From: a virus
DNA: 64,000 nt
Reading direction: 5' to 3' (one strand)
Virus record (IMG/VR): IMGVR_UViG_3300008952_003529
In this document: positions 47,821 to 55,474 of the stretch, piece by piece
How the letters are laid out: each line of letters begins with the position of its first letter
Numbering within the stretch: the stretch's first letter is position 1
The notes under the pieces: model-generated
What the model was told of the DNA's origin: nothing
Seen by the model: the letters and a program-made list of their open reading frames with translations, nothing else
Databases searched by the model: none
Position numbers and translations under genes: made by a program

Positions 47821-48831
47821 ATGAAAGTAGCGCATATTGACTATATTTGGGTAGACGGGTTTGATGTACCATCAATTAGGTCAAAGACGAAGGTAGGTCC
47901 CATCACAACTAACGATGAGGGCCAATCCGCGATAGAAATAACACAGTGGAATTTTGATGGCTCATCGACCGGCCAGGCTTCGACGAGCGAGTCTGAAAGA
48001 CTTCTAACACCTGTTCGTCTTTACCAGGTGTCACCAAGCCAGTACATGGTACTTTGTGAGGTGGAGGACGTTGATGGAACAGCACATTCTACAAACCATA
48101 GAGCTGTTCTGCGAGAGTATCTTACGGAAAATCCGACCAAAAATCTTTGGCTTGGTTTCGAACAAGAATATTTTTTAACTGATAATAGAAGTAAGAATAT
48201 GTTTTGGGCGGGTGAAGTAGAGCCGCCAAACACACCCATGTATTATTGTTCTTCTGGTGGGGACAGAGTGATGAAACGAGGCTTAGTAAGAGCCCACGCT
48301 GATATTTGCTGGTCAATGGGAATTCAGGTTGTTGGATATAACGCTGAAGTCGCTCCAAGTCAATGGGAATTTCAATGTTTCGGTGAAGACACGCTAAAGG
48401 CATGTGATGATTTATGGGTTTCAAGATATATGTTGTCACTTCTCGCCGAGAACGATGGCGTTGGTGTCGATTGGTCCCCCAAGCCACATACAGGATGGAA
48501 CGGCTCAGGTTGTCATACTAATTTTTCAACCGAGGAGATGCGGACAGGTACGGACAACGAGAAGTTGTATAATAGCATTTTAGAAAAGATGTCCATGAAC
48601 CATACCTCAACGATATCAGAATATGGCGAAGGGAATAATGATAGATTAGTGGGAGCGTATGAGACATCTAGTTTCGAGAAGTTTTCGTACGGCGTCGCCG
48701 ACCGTAGTGCTTCTGTTAGGATTCCCACATCGACAGTCGACAACGAGTGGAAAGGGTATTTAGAGGACCGACGACCTTCTTCAAATTGTGATCCGTACCG
48801 AGTCGCAAACCAATTAATAAGATTTGTGTGA
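47821..48831 (+). CDS. glnII: Glutamine synthetase, type II
   Basis: DYIWVDG, RSKTK, WNFDGSSTGQA, GFEQEY, NAEVAPSQWEFQ, WNGSGCHTN, RSASVRIP and GYLEDRRPSSNCDPY. Confidence 0.93.
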   Translation: MKVAHIDYIWVDGFDVPSIRSKTKVGPITTNDEGQSAIEITQWNFDGSSTGQASTSESERLLTPVRLYQVSPSQYMVLCEVEDVDGTAHSTNHRAVLREYLTENPTKNLWLGFEQEYFLTDNRSKNMFWAGEVEPPNTPMYYCSSGGDRVMKRGLVRAHADICWSMGIQVVGYNAEVAPSQWEFQCFGEDTLKACDDLWVSRYMLSLLAENDGVGVDWSPKPHTGWNGSGCHTNFSTEEMRTGTDNEKLYNSILEKMSMNHTSTISEYGEGNNDRLVGAYETSSFEKFSYGVADRSASVRIPTSTVDNEWKGYLEDRRPSSNCDPYRVANQLIRFV

Positions 48832-48840
48832 GGGAATGCT

Positions 48841-50385
48841 GTGTCGTTAAAATTTACTGTTGATTTAACCGAAGAGCAGGCGTCTGTATTGTCTCTTGAT
48901 GTTATAACATTTTTAGACGCCTTATGTGAAGAGTTCAGTCTTACGATTGCTCATCTTCTGGATGAGCGTGGGGGATTTACACCTGGTTTTCTGGAAGAAA
49001 CGAAGTGGATACGAGAAAGCCAGTGGAAGATTGCGGATTTCTCAAAAGACCTCGAAGACAGACGTGTCGAAATTACTGGTCCTCCCGATCGAAAAATGAT
49101 AATCAACGCATTGAATTCCGGCGCGAATGTGTACATGGCAGACTTTGAGGACTCCAATTCTCCGACGTGGAGCAACTGTGTAAATGGCCAGATAAATTTG
49201 CGCGATGCGATTCATAACGAGATTGATTTTCATGATGAGAAAAGAGACAAAATGTACTCCCTCGGCTCCGAGCTAGCAGTGTTATTTGTTCGTCCCCGCG
49301 GACTTCATTTATCAGAGGGTCATGTGATTCATGATTTGTGGGATGCGCCAATTCCAGCAGCGCTCTTCGACTTTGGTGTTTACATTGCGAATAATATCAC
49401 CACCCTTGTGGAGACCGGCCGCAGTCCCTATTTTTATCTTCCCAAATTAGAGCACCACAATGAAGCTGCTCTTTGGAATAAGATTTTTTCATTTTCTGAA
49501 GAATATTTTGGCGTGAAGAATGGAGTTATTAAGGCAACTGTGTTGATTGAAACCCTTCCAGCGGCATTTCAAATGGACGAGATATTATACGAATTGCGAG
49601 AGCATTCAGTTGGGTTGAATTGCGGTCGGTGGGACTATATTTTTAGTTTCATAAAAACATTTCGAAATGACCCAAAGTATATTGTTCCTGATCGAGATGA
49701 AGTGGGTATGACGCAACATTTTATGCAGTCCTACTCGAGACTCTTAATACAAACATGTCACCGCCGGGGAGCGCATGCGATGGGCGGTATGGCTGCTCAG
49801 ATACCTATAAAGAACGACCCTGTAGCGAACTCAACCGCGATTAGAAAGGTAGAGCAAGACAAGATTCGGGAAGTAATGGATGGACATGACGGCACATGGG
49901 TAGCGCATCCAGGATTAGTGGCAATCGCAAAAAAAGTTTTCGATGAATATCTTATCACGCCCAACCAAATTAACAGACCTCTATCAAATATTGAGATATC
50001 AACTGAAGACTTGGTGGAAGTTCCTGTAGGATCTTTCACAGAGGAAATGTTAAGAAAAAATATAAAAATTGGATATGAATATATGAAGGCCTGGGTTGCG
50101 GGGTCTGGGTGCGTGCCTCTTAACAATTTAATGGAAGACGCCGCCACTGCTGAGATATCTCGTGCACAGACCTGGCAGTGGTTGCGGCATAACGTAATGC
50201 TTGATAACGGAGCTGTTGTGACGCAAGAGTATTTAGGCGCACTGTTTCAGGAAGAATTGATTGGTGAGTGCGGAGTAGCGTATGATCTATGGCACATATT
50301 GTGCTTTCAAAATAATATGGATGAGTTTTTAACACTACAAGCCTATAATAGCTTGGAATTAAATGGAAAATTGGAGATTCTCTGA
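48841..50385 (+). CDS. aceB: Malate synthase A
   Basis: [25 protein letters not shown] (catalytic Arg), [39 protein letters not shown] and [12 protein letters not shown] (catalytic Asp). Confidence 0.96.
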   Translation: MSLKFTVDLTEEQASVLSLDVITFLDALCEEFSLTIAHLLDERGGFTPGFLEETKWIRESQWKIADFSKDLEDRRVEITGPPDRKMIINALNSGANVYMADFEDSNSPTWSNCVNGQINLRDAIHNEIDFHDEKRDKMYSLGSELAVLFVRPRGLHLSEGHVIHDLWDAPIPAALFDFGVYIANNITTLVETGRSPYFYLPKLEHHNEAALWNKIFSFSEEYFGVKNGVIKATVLIETLPAAFQMDEILYELREHSVGLNCGRWDYIFSFIKTFRNDPKYIVPDRDEVGMTQHFMQSYSRLLIQTCHRRGAHAMGGMAAQIPIKNDPVANSTAIRKVEQDKIREVMDGHDGTWVAHPGLVAIAKKVFDEYLITPNQINRPLSNIEISTEDLVEVPVGSFTEEMLRKNIKIGYEYMKAWVAGSGCVPLNNLMEDAATAEISRAQTWQWLRHNVMLDNGAVVTQEYLGALFQEELIGECGVAYDLWHILCFQNNMDEFLTLQAYNSLELNGKLEIL

Positions 50386-51623
50386 TGACAGCTAATAATC
50401 GATGGGACGGAATTACCCGCCCTTACTCCGCTGAGCAGGTAGATAAATTACGCGGCTCATTTCGTGAAAACTATGGTTTCGCAACACACGTTGCAACAAA
50501 GCTTTGGAACCAATTATGCTCTGAGCCCTACGTTCATGCAATGGGAGCTGTGACTGGAAATCAAGCGATGCAGATGGTCAAGGCCGGTACACCCTCGATT
50601 TATTGCTCTGGATGGCAAGTCGCCGCCGACGCGAATGATTCTCATTCCATGTACCCGGACCAAAGTTTATATGCGGTAAACAGTGTTCCAATGCTTATTG
50701 AAAAAATAAATAATGCTCTTCGTCGTGCCGACCAGGTCGAATGGATTGAAAATTGCGGGTCAATAAGAGACTGGTTCGCACCGATTGTTGCAGATGCAGA
50801 AGCAGGTTTCGGTGGAAACCTCAATGCGTTTGAATTGATGCAAGCAATGATTCGCGCCGGCGCAGCAGGGGTGCATTTTGAAGACCAGTTATCTTCGGCC
50901 AAGAAGTGTGGTCATTTAGGCGGAAAAGTTCTTGTACCGACCAGCGAGTTTGTTAAGAAATTGATAGCTGCTCGGCTAGCAGCGGATGTGATGGATGTAC
51001 CAACTATTTTAATTGCCCGTACCGATGCCGATTCAGCCCGTTTGATAACGTTAGATGTTGATCCTATAGACCAACAATTTATTACATCAAATGAACGAAC
51101 CGCAGAAGGATTTTATCATATCACTGGCGGGATAGATATGGCCATATCTCGAGGCTTGGCGTATGCGCCGTATGCCGACCTTCTTTGGTGCGAAACCAGC
51201 ACGCCTGATTTAGCAGAGGCGCAAAAATTCGCTGACGCTATACATGAAAAATTTCCCGGTAAGATGCTGGCGTATAATTGTTCACCTTCTTTTAACTGGC
51301 GCGCGAACCTCGATGATGAAACTATTGCAAAGTTTCAAAATTCTTTGGGGGAAATGGGTTACAAATTTCAGTTTATCACCTTGGCTGGTTTTCATTGCTT
51401 GAATTATTCAATGTTCAATTTAGCGCTGGATTACAATAAGCGAGATATGTCTGCATACGCCGAACTTCAAGCTGCTGAATTTGCCGCTGAAGATATTGGA
51501 TATACTGCTACAAAGCACCAACGTGAAGTAGGAACAGGATATTTCGACGCAGTTGCACAAACGATATCGTCAGATTCATCGACTTTAGCTTTAAAAGAGT
51601 CCACCGAAGCTGAGCAATTTTAG
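50385..51623 (+). CDS. aceA: Isocitrate lyase
   Basis: [33 protein letters not shown], active-site [35 protein letters not shown] and [12 protein letters not shown]. Confidence 0.97.
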   Translation: MTANNRWDGITRPYSAEQVDKLRGSFRENYGFATHVATKLWNQLCSEPYVHAMGAVTGNQAMQMVKAGTPSIYCSGWQVAADANDSHSMYPDQSLYAVNSVPMLIEKINNALRRADQVEWIENCGSIRDWFAPIVADAEAGFGGNLNAFELMQAMIRAGAAGVHFEDQLSSAKKCGHLGGKVLVPTSEFVKKLIAARLAADVMDVPTILIARTDADSARLITLDVDPIDQQFITSNERTAEGFYHITGGIDMAISRGLAYAPYADLLWCETSTPDLAEAQKFADAIHEKFPGKMLAYNCSPSFNWRANLDDETIAKFQNSLGEMGYKFQFITLAGFHCLNYSMFNLALDYNKRDMSAYAELQAAEFAAEDIGYTATKHQREVGTGYFDAVAQTISSDSSTLALKESTEAEQF

Positions 51624-52330
51624 TGAGTAGAATTGAATTATATGATGACAAGATAGGCGTTGTTGAATACGTTTCCCATATGGGAGAAGACATTACAGTT
51701 GTTAATAGCGCCAGGGTTTCTTTTGGGAAACATAAGGATGTAATGGATGACAAAGATAGAAAGCTTATTAAGTATCTTATCAAACATAAGCATACGTCAA
51801 CACTCGAACACTGTGTTATAACATATCGGTTCATAGTACCCCTTTTCGTTCGAAGCCAGCATCACCGTCATCGAACATGGAGCTATAACGAGATATCACG
51901 TCGTTATACTGACGAGAATCTCCGGTTTTATGAGCCAGCAAGTTTCAGAACGCAGCATAAATCCAATCGACAAGCTTCAAATATTAATGAGCTAAGGGAC
52001 CCTGTAGTGATACCAGACCTTTCGGATACGGATTATGGTATGACTGCATCTCAAGTTGTCAGTGATCATCACCGACGTTCTGTAATGTTATACAACGATC
52101 TTCTCAGGGTAGGTGTATGCCGCGAACAGGCTCGAGGTGTTCTCTCCCAAAACCTGTACACTGAGTATTACGGAACTGTCAATTTAAACAATCTTTTAAA
52201 GTTTGTTTCGCTTCGAACCCATGACGGTGCCCAATGGGAGATTCAACAAGTAGCAAAAGCTTGTTTAGAAATTGCTAAAAATTGCTGGCCAGAAACAATA
52301 GAAGCCTATCAAGAATTAACATCATCTTGA
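51623..52330 (+). CDS. thyX: Flavin-dependent thymidylate synthase ThyX
   Basis: VNSARVSF, LIKHKHTSTLEH, ThyX motif RHRTWSYNEISRRY, REQARGVL, LR...GAQWEI. Confidence 0.95.
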   Translation: MSRIELYDDKIGVVEYVSHMGEDITVVNSARVSFGKHKDVMDDKDRKLIKYLIKHKHTSTLEHCVITYRFIVPLFVRSQHHRHRTWSYNEISRRYTDENLRFYEPASFRTQHKSNRQASNINELRDPVVIPDLSDTDYGMTASQVVSDHHRRSVMLYNDLLRVGVCREQARGVLSQNLYTEYYGTVNLNNLLKFVSLRTHDGAQWEIQQVAKACLEIAKNCWPETIEAYQELTSS

Positions 52331-52396
52331 TTCAAGAAAGCTTATCTTTTGCTCTATATTTAAGAGCTGGATAGTTTGTTTCGGCGGTAATATAAT

Positions 52397-52633
52397 ATGT
52401 CAAAATGTGATAGCGGTTCTAGTATTTTACGGTTAAGAGCTCTTAGGGAGCAATTATGTGGTAAAGAACAAGAATGGAAGTCGGCATTTGAGGTACGTGA
52501 TGAAGTTGTACAAAGGTTAGTGGATATACACACTTACTCTGGGTTGGATGACGCTGAAATGGAGGTTATTCATGAAAAGCTTGGTTGCATTTTAGAATAC
52601 CTTCAAATAACACCTGACGAAGACACGGAGTAA
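52397..52633 (+). CDS. Hypothetical protein
   Basis: 78-aa ORF preceded by ATATTTAA at 52356. Confidence 0.55.
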   Translation: MSKCDSGSSILRLRALREQLCGKEQEWKSAFEVRDEVVQRLVDIHTYSGLDDAEMEVIHEKLGCILEYLQITPDEDTE

Positions 52634-52637
52634 GATT

Positions 52638-52961
52638 ATGCCTGAAGAAACTAATGGATGGAGCGAATATTCTAGGCTTGTTTTAAAAGAACTTGAAACG
52701 CTAGCAACAAGTATCCAAGCACTAAATGCTGAGATTCAAGAGCTTAAGCAAGAAATTGCTAGAATGAGAGAGAGGGAAGACCGGGTAGACGAGCTTCGTG
52801 CCTGGAAAGAAAAGATTGATGAAGTTGCATCGCCCTCTCAGCTCGGAACGATGACAAAAGAAGTAGAAGACCTGAAGCTTTTTAAGACAAAGGCAATAAC
52901 TGCTTTTGTGGTGGTCCAATTCGTTATGGCTGCCTTTGCTTGGGCTATAAATTATCTGTAA
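52638..52961 (+). CDS. Coiled-coil protein with a C-terminal transmembrane helix (holin/XhlA-like candidate)
   Basis: Heptad region followed by AITAFVVVQFVMAAFAWAINYL at the C-terminus. Confidence 0.55.
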   Translation: MPEETNGWSEYSRLVLKELETLATSIQALNAEIQELKQEIARMREREDRVDELRAWKEKIDEVASPSQLGTMTKEVEDLKLFKTKAITAFVVVQFVMAAFAWAINYL

Positions 52962-52976
52962 ATCTCGATAATTTCT

Positions 52977-52997
52977 GTTATCATAACATATGATAAC
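52977..52997. repeat. Perfect 21-bp inverted repeat (operator-like)
   Basis: GTTATCATA-ACA-TATGATAAC in the 52962-53099 intergenic gap. Confidence 0.75.
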
Positions 52998-53099
52998 TTG
53001 GATTCCGCTCAACCCCAGCAATCATACCTTGAATGATTATCGGGGGTGGTTACAAATGAATCATGACTCCTATAATATGATTAGTGAAATGGAGGAAAC

Positions 53100-53333
53100 A
53101 TGAACACTAATGAACTAAAAATGAATGATGATGCAATCAATCATCTCGCAAAGCTTCTGCAAATGGCTATTTTAACTGGTACTGATATTATGGACAATCT
53201 TCGTTCTGCTACATTTGTTGTACACAACGATGAGCTTCATATCCATCCAGATTATCATGAAGCGTTTGAGCAGAATATTCAAAATATGATGTCTGCCTTG
53301 GCAACTGAAGAAGAAGTTGAAGAAGTTGAGTGA
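53100..53333 (+). CDS. Hypothetical protein
   Basis: 77 aa with a GGAGG Shine-Dalgarno; TATAAT at 53071-53076 upstream. Confidence 0.75.
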   Translation: MNTNELKMNDDAINHLAKLLQMAILTGTDIMDNLRSATFVVHNDELHIHPDYHEAFEQNIQNMMSALATEEEVEEVE

Positions 53334-53700
53334 CAAATTAGACCAAATGTTCGCCCGGCGGACAGCGTTTATGACACGCTTAAAGGGAAAGAAGCCAGCT
53401 GAGTATCCAGATTGGCCGATCGATTTGTCAGATAAACGAAACCAACAGCACGTAAGAGATATGGCTCTAAGGGGTGTTGAGGAAATGTTCGAGGCATTGC
53501 AGCATCTCAAAAACTGGAAACCGCATAGAGACACAGAGGTTCATGAATTTGATAGAAGCGAATTTTTGGAGGAGGTTGTTGATGCGTTTAACTACTTTAT
53601 GTCAGTACTTGTCTTGACTGGAGTCGATGCTGAAGAGCTTTTTAGCGCGTACTGTGAAAAAGACCAGATAATTCATGATCGGTTGGATGAGGGTTATTGA
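53317..53700 (+). CDS. All-alpha NTP pyrophosphatase (dimeric dUTPase / T4 gp56 dCTPase family)
   Basis: Motifs EEMFEALQHLKNWKPH and FLEEVVDAFNYF; the start codon is uncertain (53317, 53326 or 53347). Confidence 0.8.
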   Translation: MKKLSDKLDQMFARRTAFMTRLKGKKPAEYPDWPIDLSDKRNQQHVRDMALRGVEEMFEALQHLKNWKPHRDTEVHEFDRSEFLEEVVDAFNYFMSVLVLTGVDAEELFSAYCEKDQIIHDRLDEGY

Positions 53701-53721
53701 TCGACGATATTTAATGACGTT

Positions 53722-54402
53722 ATGCAGCAATTCAAGCGTCAACTTCAAAGAAAAATTCGAATATTAAAATCTGAGCTAAAAATGCTCCAAAATTATTATG
53801 ACGAATCGTATAACCTTTTTAAAGAGTATGAGCAGGAATGGCTTAGCGATTTAAATCACTTTCAAAAAAAATTTAAGGGCCCTCAACCAGTTGATGAAAC
53901 CCCCGATACGACAGCAACAGGCGTGGGGTATAAGCTGGGACAAGCTGAAGAACGAAAAAATCATGATACAGCCGAGCAACCAGAGAAATTTCATCCGGAA
54001 TGGGCAAAAAAATTATTTCGTAAGATTGCTATGTTGACGCATCCAGACCGCGCGATGCCAGAAGACAAAGCTAGGTTGGAAGCGTTATTTTTAAAAGCAT
54101 CCACAGCACTAGAAAGCGAAGATCATGAAGAATTATTATCACTCGCTTTAGATCTCGGAATTTCGATTGATATAGATGCACCCGAGCTTAGACCTCTTCT
54201 CGAAAAGCGTGTCGCTCAAGTGAAGGAAAAAATAGCTTCTTTAGAATGTGACATTCCATGGATCTGGGGCGAAGGATTCGGTCTCCTTGAAATACGAATT
54301 CCTCTTTTAAGAGCAGTATTAGCTAATGATGGAATCGATACAAACGATGAAGAATTAAGAACTGAGATTAGTAAAAGAGAGAGCGAAAATGATACCGGGT
54401 GA
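53722..54402 (+). CDS. J-domain-like protein (HPD motif) with an N-terminal coiled coil
   Basis: AKKLFRKIAMLTHPDR...LFLKASTALE. Confidence 0.7.
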   Translation: MQQFKRQLQRKIRILKSELKMLQNYYDESYNLFKEYEQEWLSDLNHFQKKFKGPQPVDETPDTTATGVGYKLGQAEERKNHDTAEQPEKFHPEWAKKLFRKIAMLTHPDRAMPEDKARLEALFLKASTALESEDHEELLSLALDLGISIDIDAPELRPLLEKRVAQVKEKIASLECDIPWIWGEGFGLLEIRIPLLRAVLANDGIDTNDEELRTEISKRESENDTG

Positions 54403-54604
54403 TGTGGCGTGTATTACGGAGTACCACTTCGGTGTAGGCTCAGACGGAACATCTTACATTCTCACGCCAGGTGACGGCGGATTGATTGTCGAACGCTATC
54501 ATGAATTCGGGACAGTTATATTATTTATATTAGGTAACCTCATTGAGGTGGAAGAGCAAGCGCTAAGTCTACGTGAGTATAATAACCGGGAGATTATCAA
54601 ATGA
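54389..54604 (+). CDS. Small hypothetical protein
   Basis: 71 aa, overlapping both neighbours; MIPGDVACI start typical of small beta-barrel phage proteins. Confidence 0.6.
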   Translation: MIPGDVACITEYHFGVGSDGTSYILTPGDGGLIVERYHEFGTVILFILGNLIEVEEQALSLREYNNREIIK

Positions 54605-55431
54605 CAAAGAAGATTAATCAAGATCGATTAAACGAAATTATAAAAGAAGAAGTTGTTAGTCATTTTTTGATGGAATCAAACTTACGAGTGGTGAGCACCT
54701 TAACGAACCGCGTTACGCGCGCGATTCTTTTCCTTGTAAAAGATGGTAAGACAACCACTGAGGAATATCAAGTCTTGGAAGCAGACGATTTAATCGACAC
54801 TGCCGGCCTACAAGATGAGACAGCTATCTACAGTCTTGATATAGATTTTCTCCCTGGAAAAATTAATCCAGACTTGGTCAGTGATGACTTCGGCGAAGAC
54901 GACACTTATTTAAGCGTTTCGTTATTTATTACTCCCTCTGATGCGATCCATATTTCTGGTGATAATATCAACCGTACGGGGAGCCCCGGAATTCATGTGG
55001 ATGTATTTGCTCCGAACCCGCTCCCTGATAAGAAGCGTGCTCTTCTTCGATCTGAGATTTCGAATACTGTCCGTCATGAGATTGAGCATATGCTTCAAGA
55101 GCTTCCAATGTATTATCGAGGGATGGAAGCTGCCGAGGGTGGAACATACGAATATGAAGACTTCGAAGTCATCGGTACGCCGGTGTCAGATCGCGCGAAA
55201 GATTACTATCTTGATGTAAAAGAGGTCTCTGCTCATATTATGGGATATGCGCATAATGCACAATCAACAAAGGCATTAGAAAGTGAAATACGTTCCATGC
55301 TTCAGAATTGGGCTAAGCAAGATTGGGAAAAAGATCGAGAGCGATATATCGCACCTGAAGATGTAGATATTATTGCAGGCGCCTGGATGGATTGGGCAAA
55401 AAAACACCTGAGAAAACAAAGATTTCGTTGA
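54601..55431 (+). CDS. Hypothetical zincin-like (HExxH) protein
   Basis: VRHEIEHMLQE, and a downstream YYLDVKEVSAH that could supply the third ligand. Confidence 0.55.
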   Translation: MTKKINQDRLNEIIKEEVVSHFLMESNLRVVSTLTNRVTRAILFLVKDGKTTTEEYQVLEADDLIDTAGLQDETAIYSLDIDFLPGKINPDLVSDDFGEDDTYLSVSLFITPSDAIHISGDNINRTGSPGIHVDVFAPNPLPDKKRALLRSEISNTVRHEIEHMLQELPMYYRGMEAAEGGTYEYEDFEVIGTPVSDRAKDYYLDVKEVSAHIMGYAHNAQSTKALESEIRSMLQNWAKQDWEKDRERYIAPEDVDIIAGAWMDWAKKHLRKQRFR

Positions 55432-55456
55432 AAAAGATTGCTAATTTCTCTATAAT
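55428..55456 (+). promoter_or_regulatory. sigma70-type promoter for dnaE
   Basis: TTGAAA (55428-55433), 17-nt spacer, TATAAT (55451-55456); GGAGA Shine-Dalgarno before ATG 55475. Confidence 0.8.
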
Positions 55457-55474
55457 GATTGGTATGGAGACAAA

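Noticed and set aside
47821-51623. Possibility that glnII-aceB-aceA is host chromosome misassembled into the contig
   Set aside because: Same strand and similar composition as the flanks, a 1-nt overlap with thyX, and no aceK/iclR or other housekeeping neighbours. Not fully excluded without reads.
52967-52997. Fur box in the palindromic region
   Set aside because: GATAAT/ATCAT half-sites are present, but the spacing does not fit the 7-1-7 or 9-1-9 Fur consensus.
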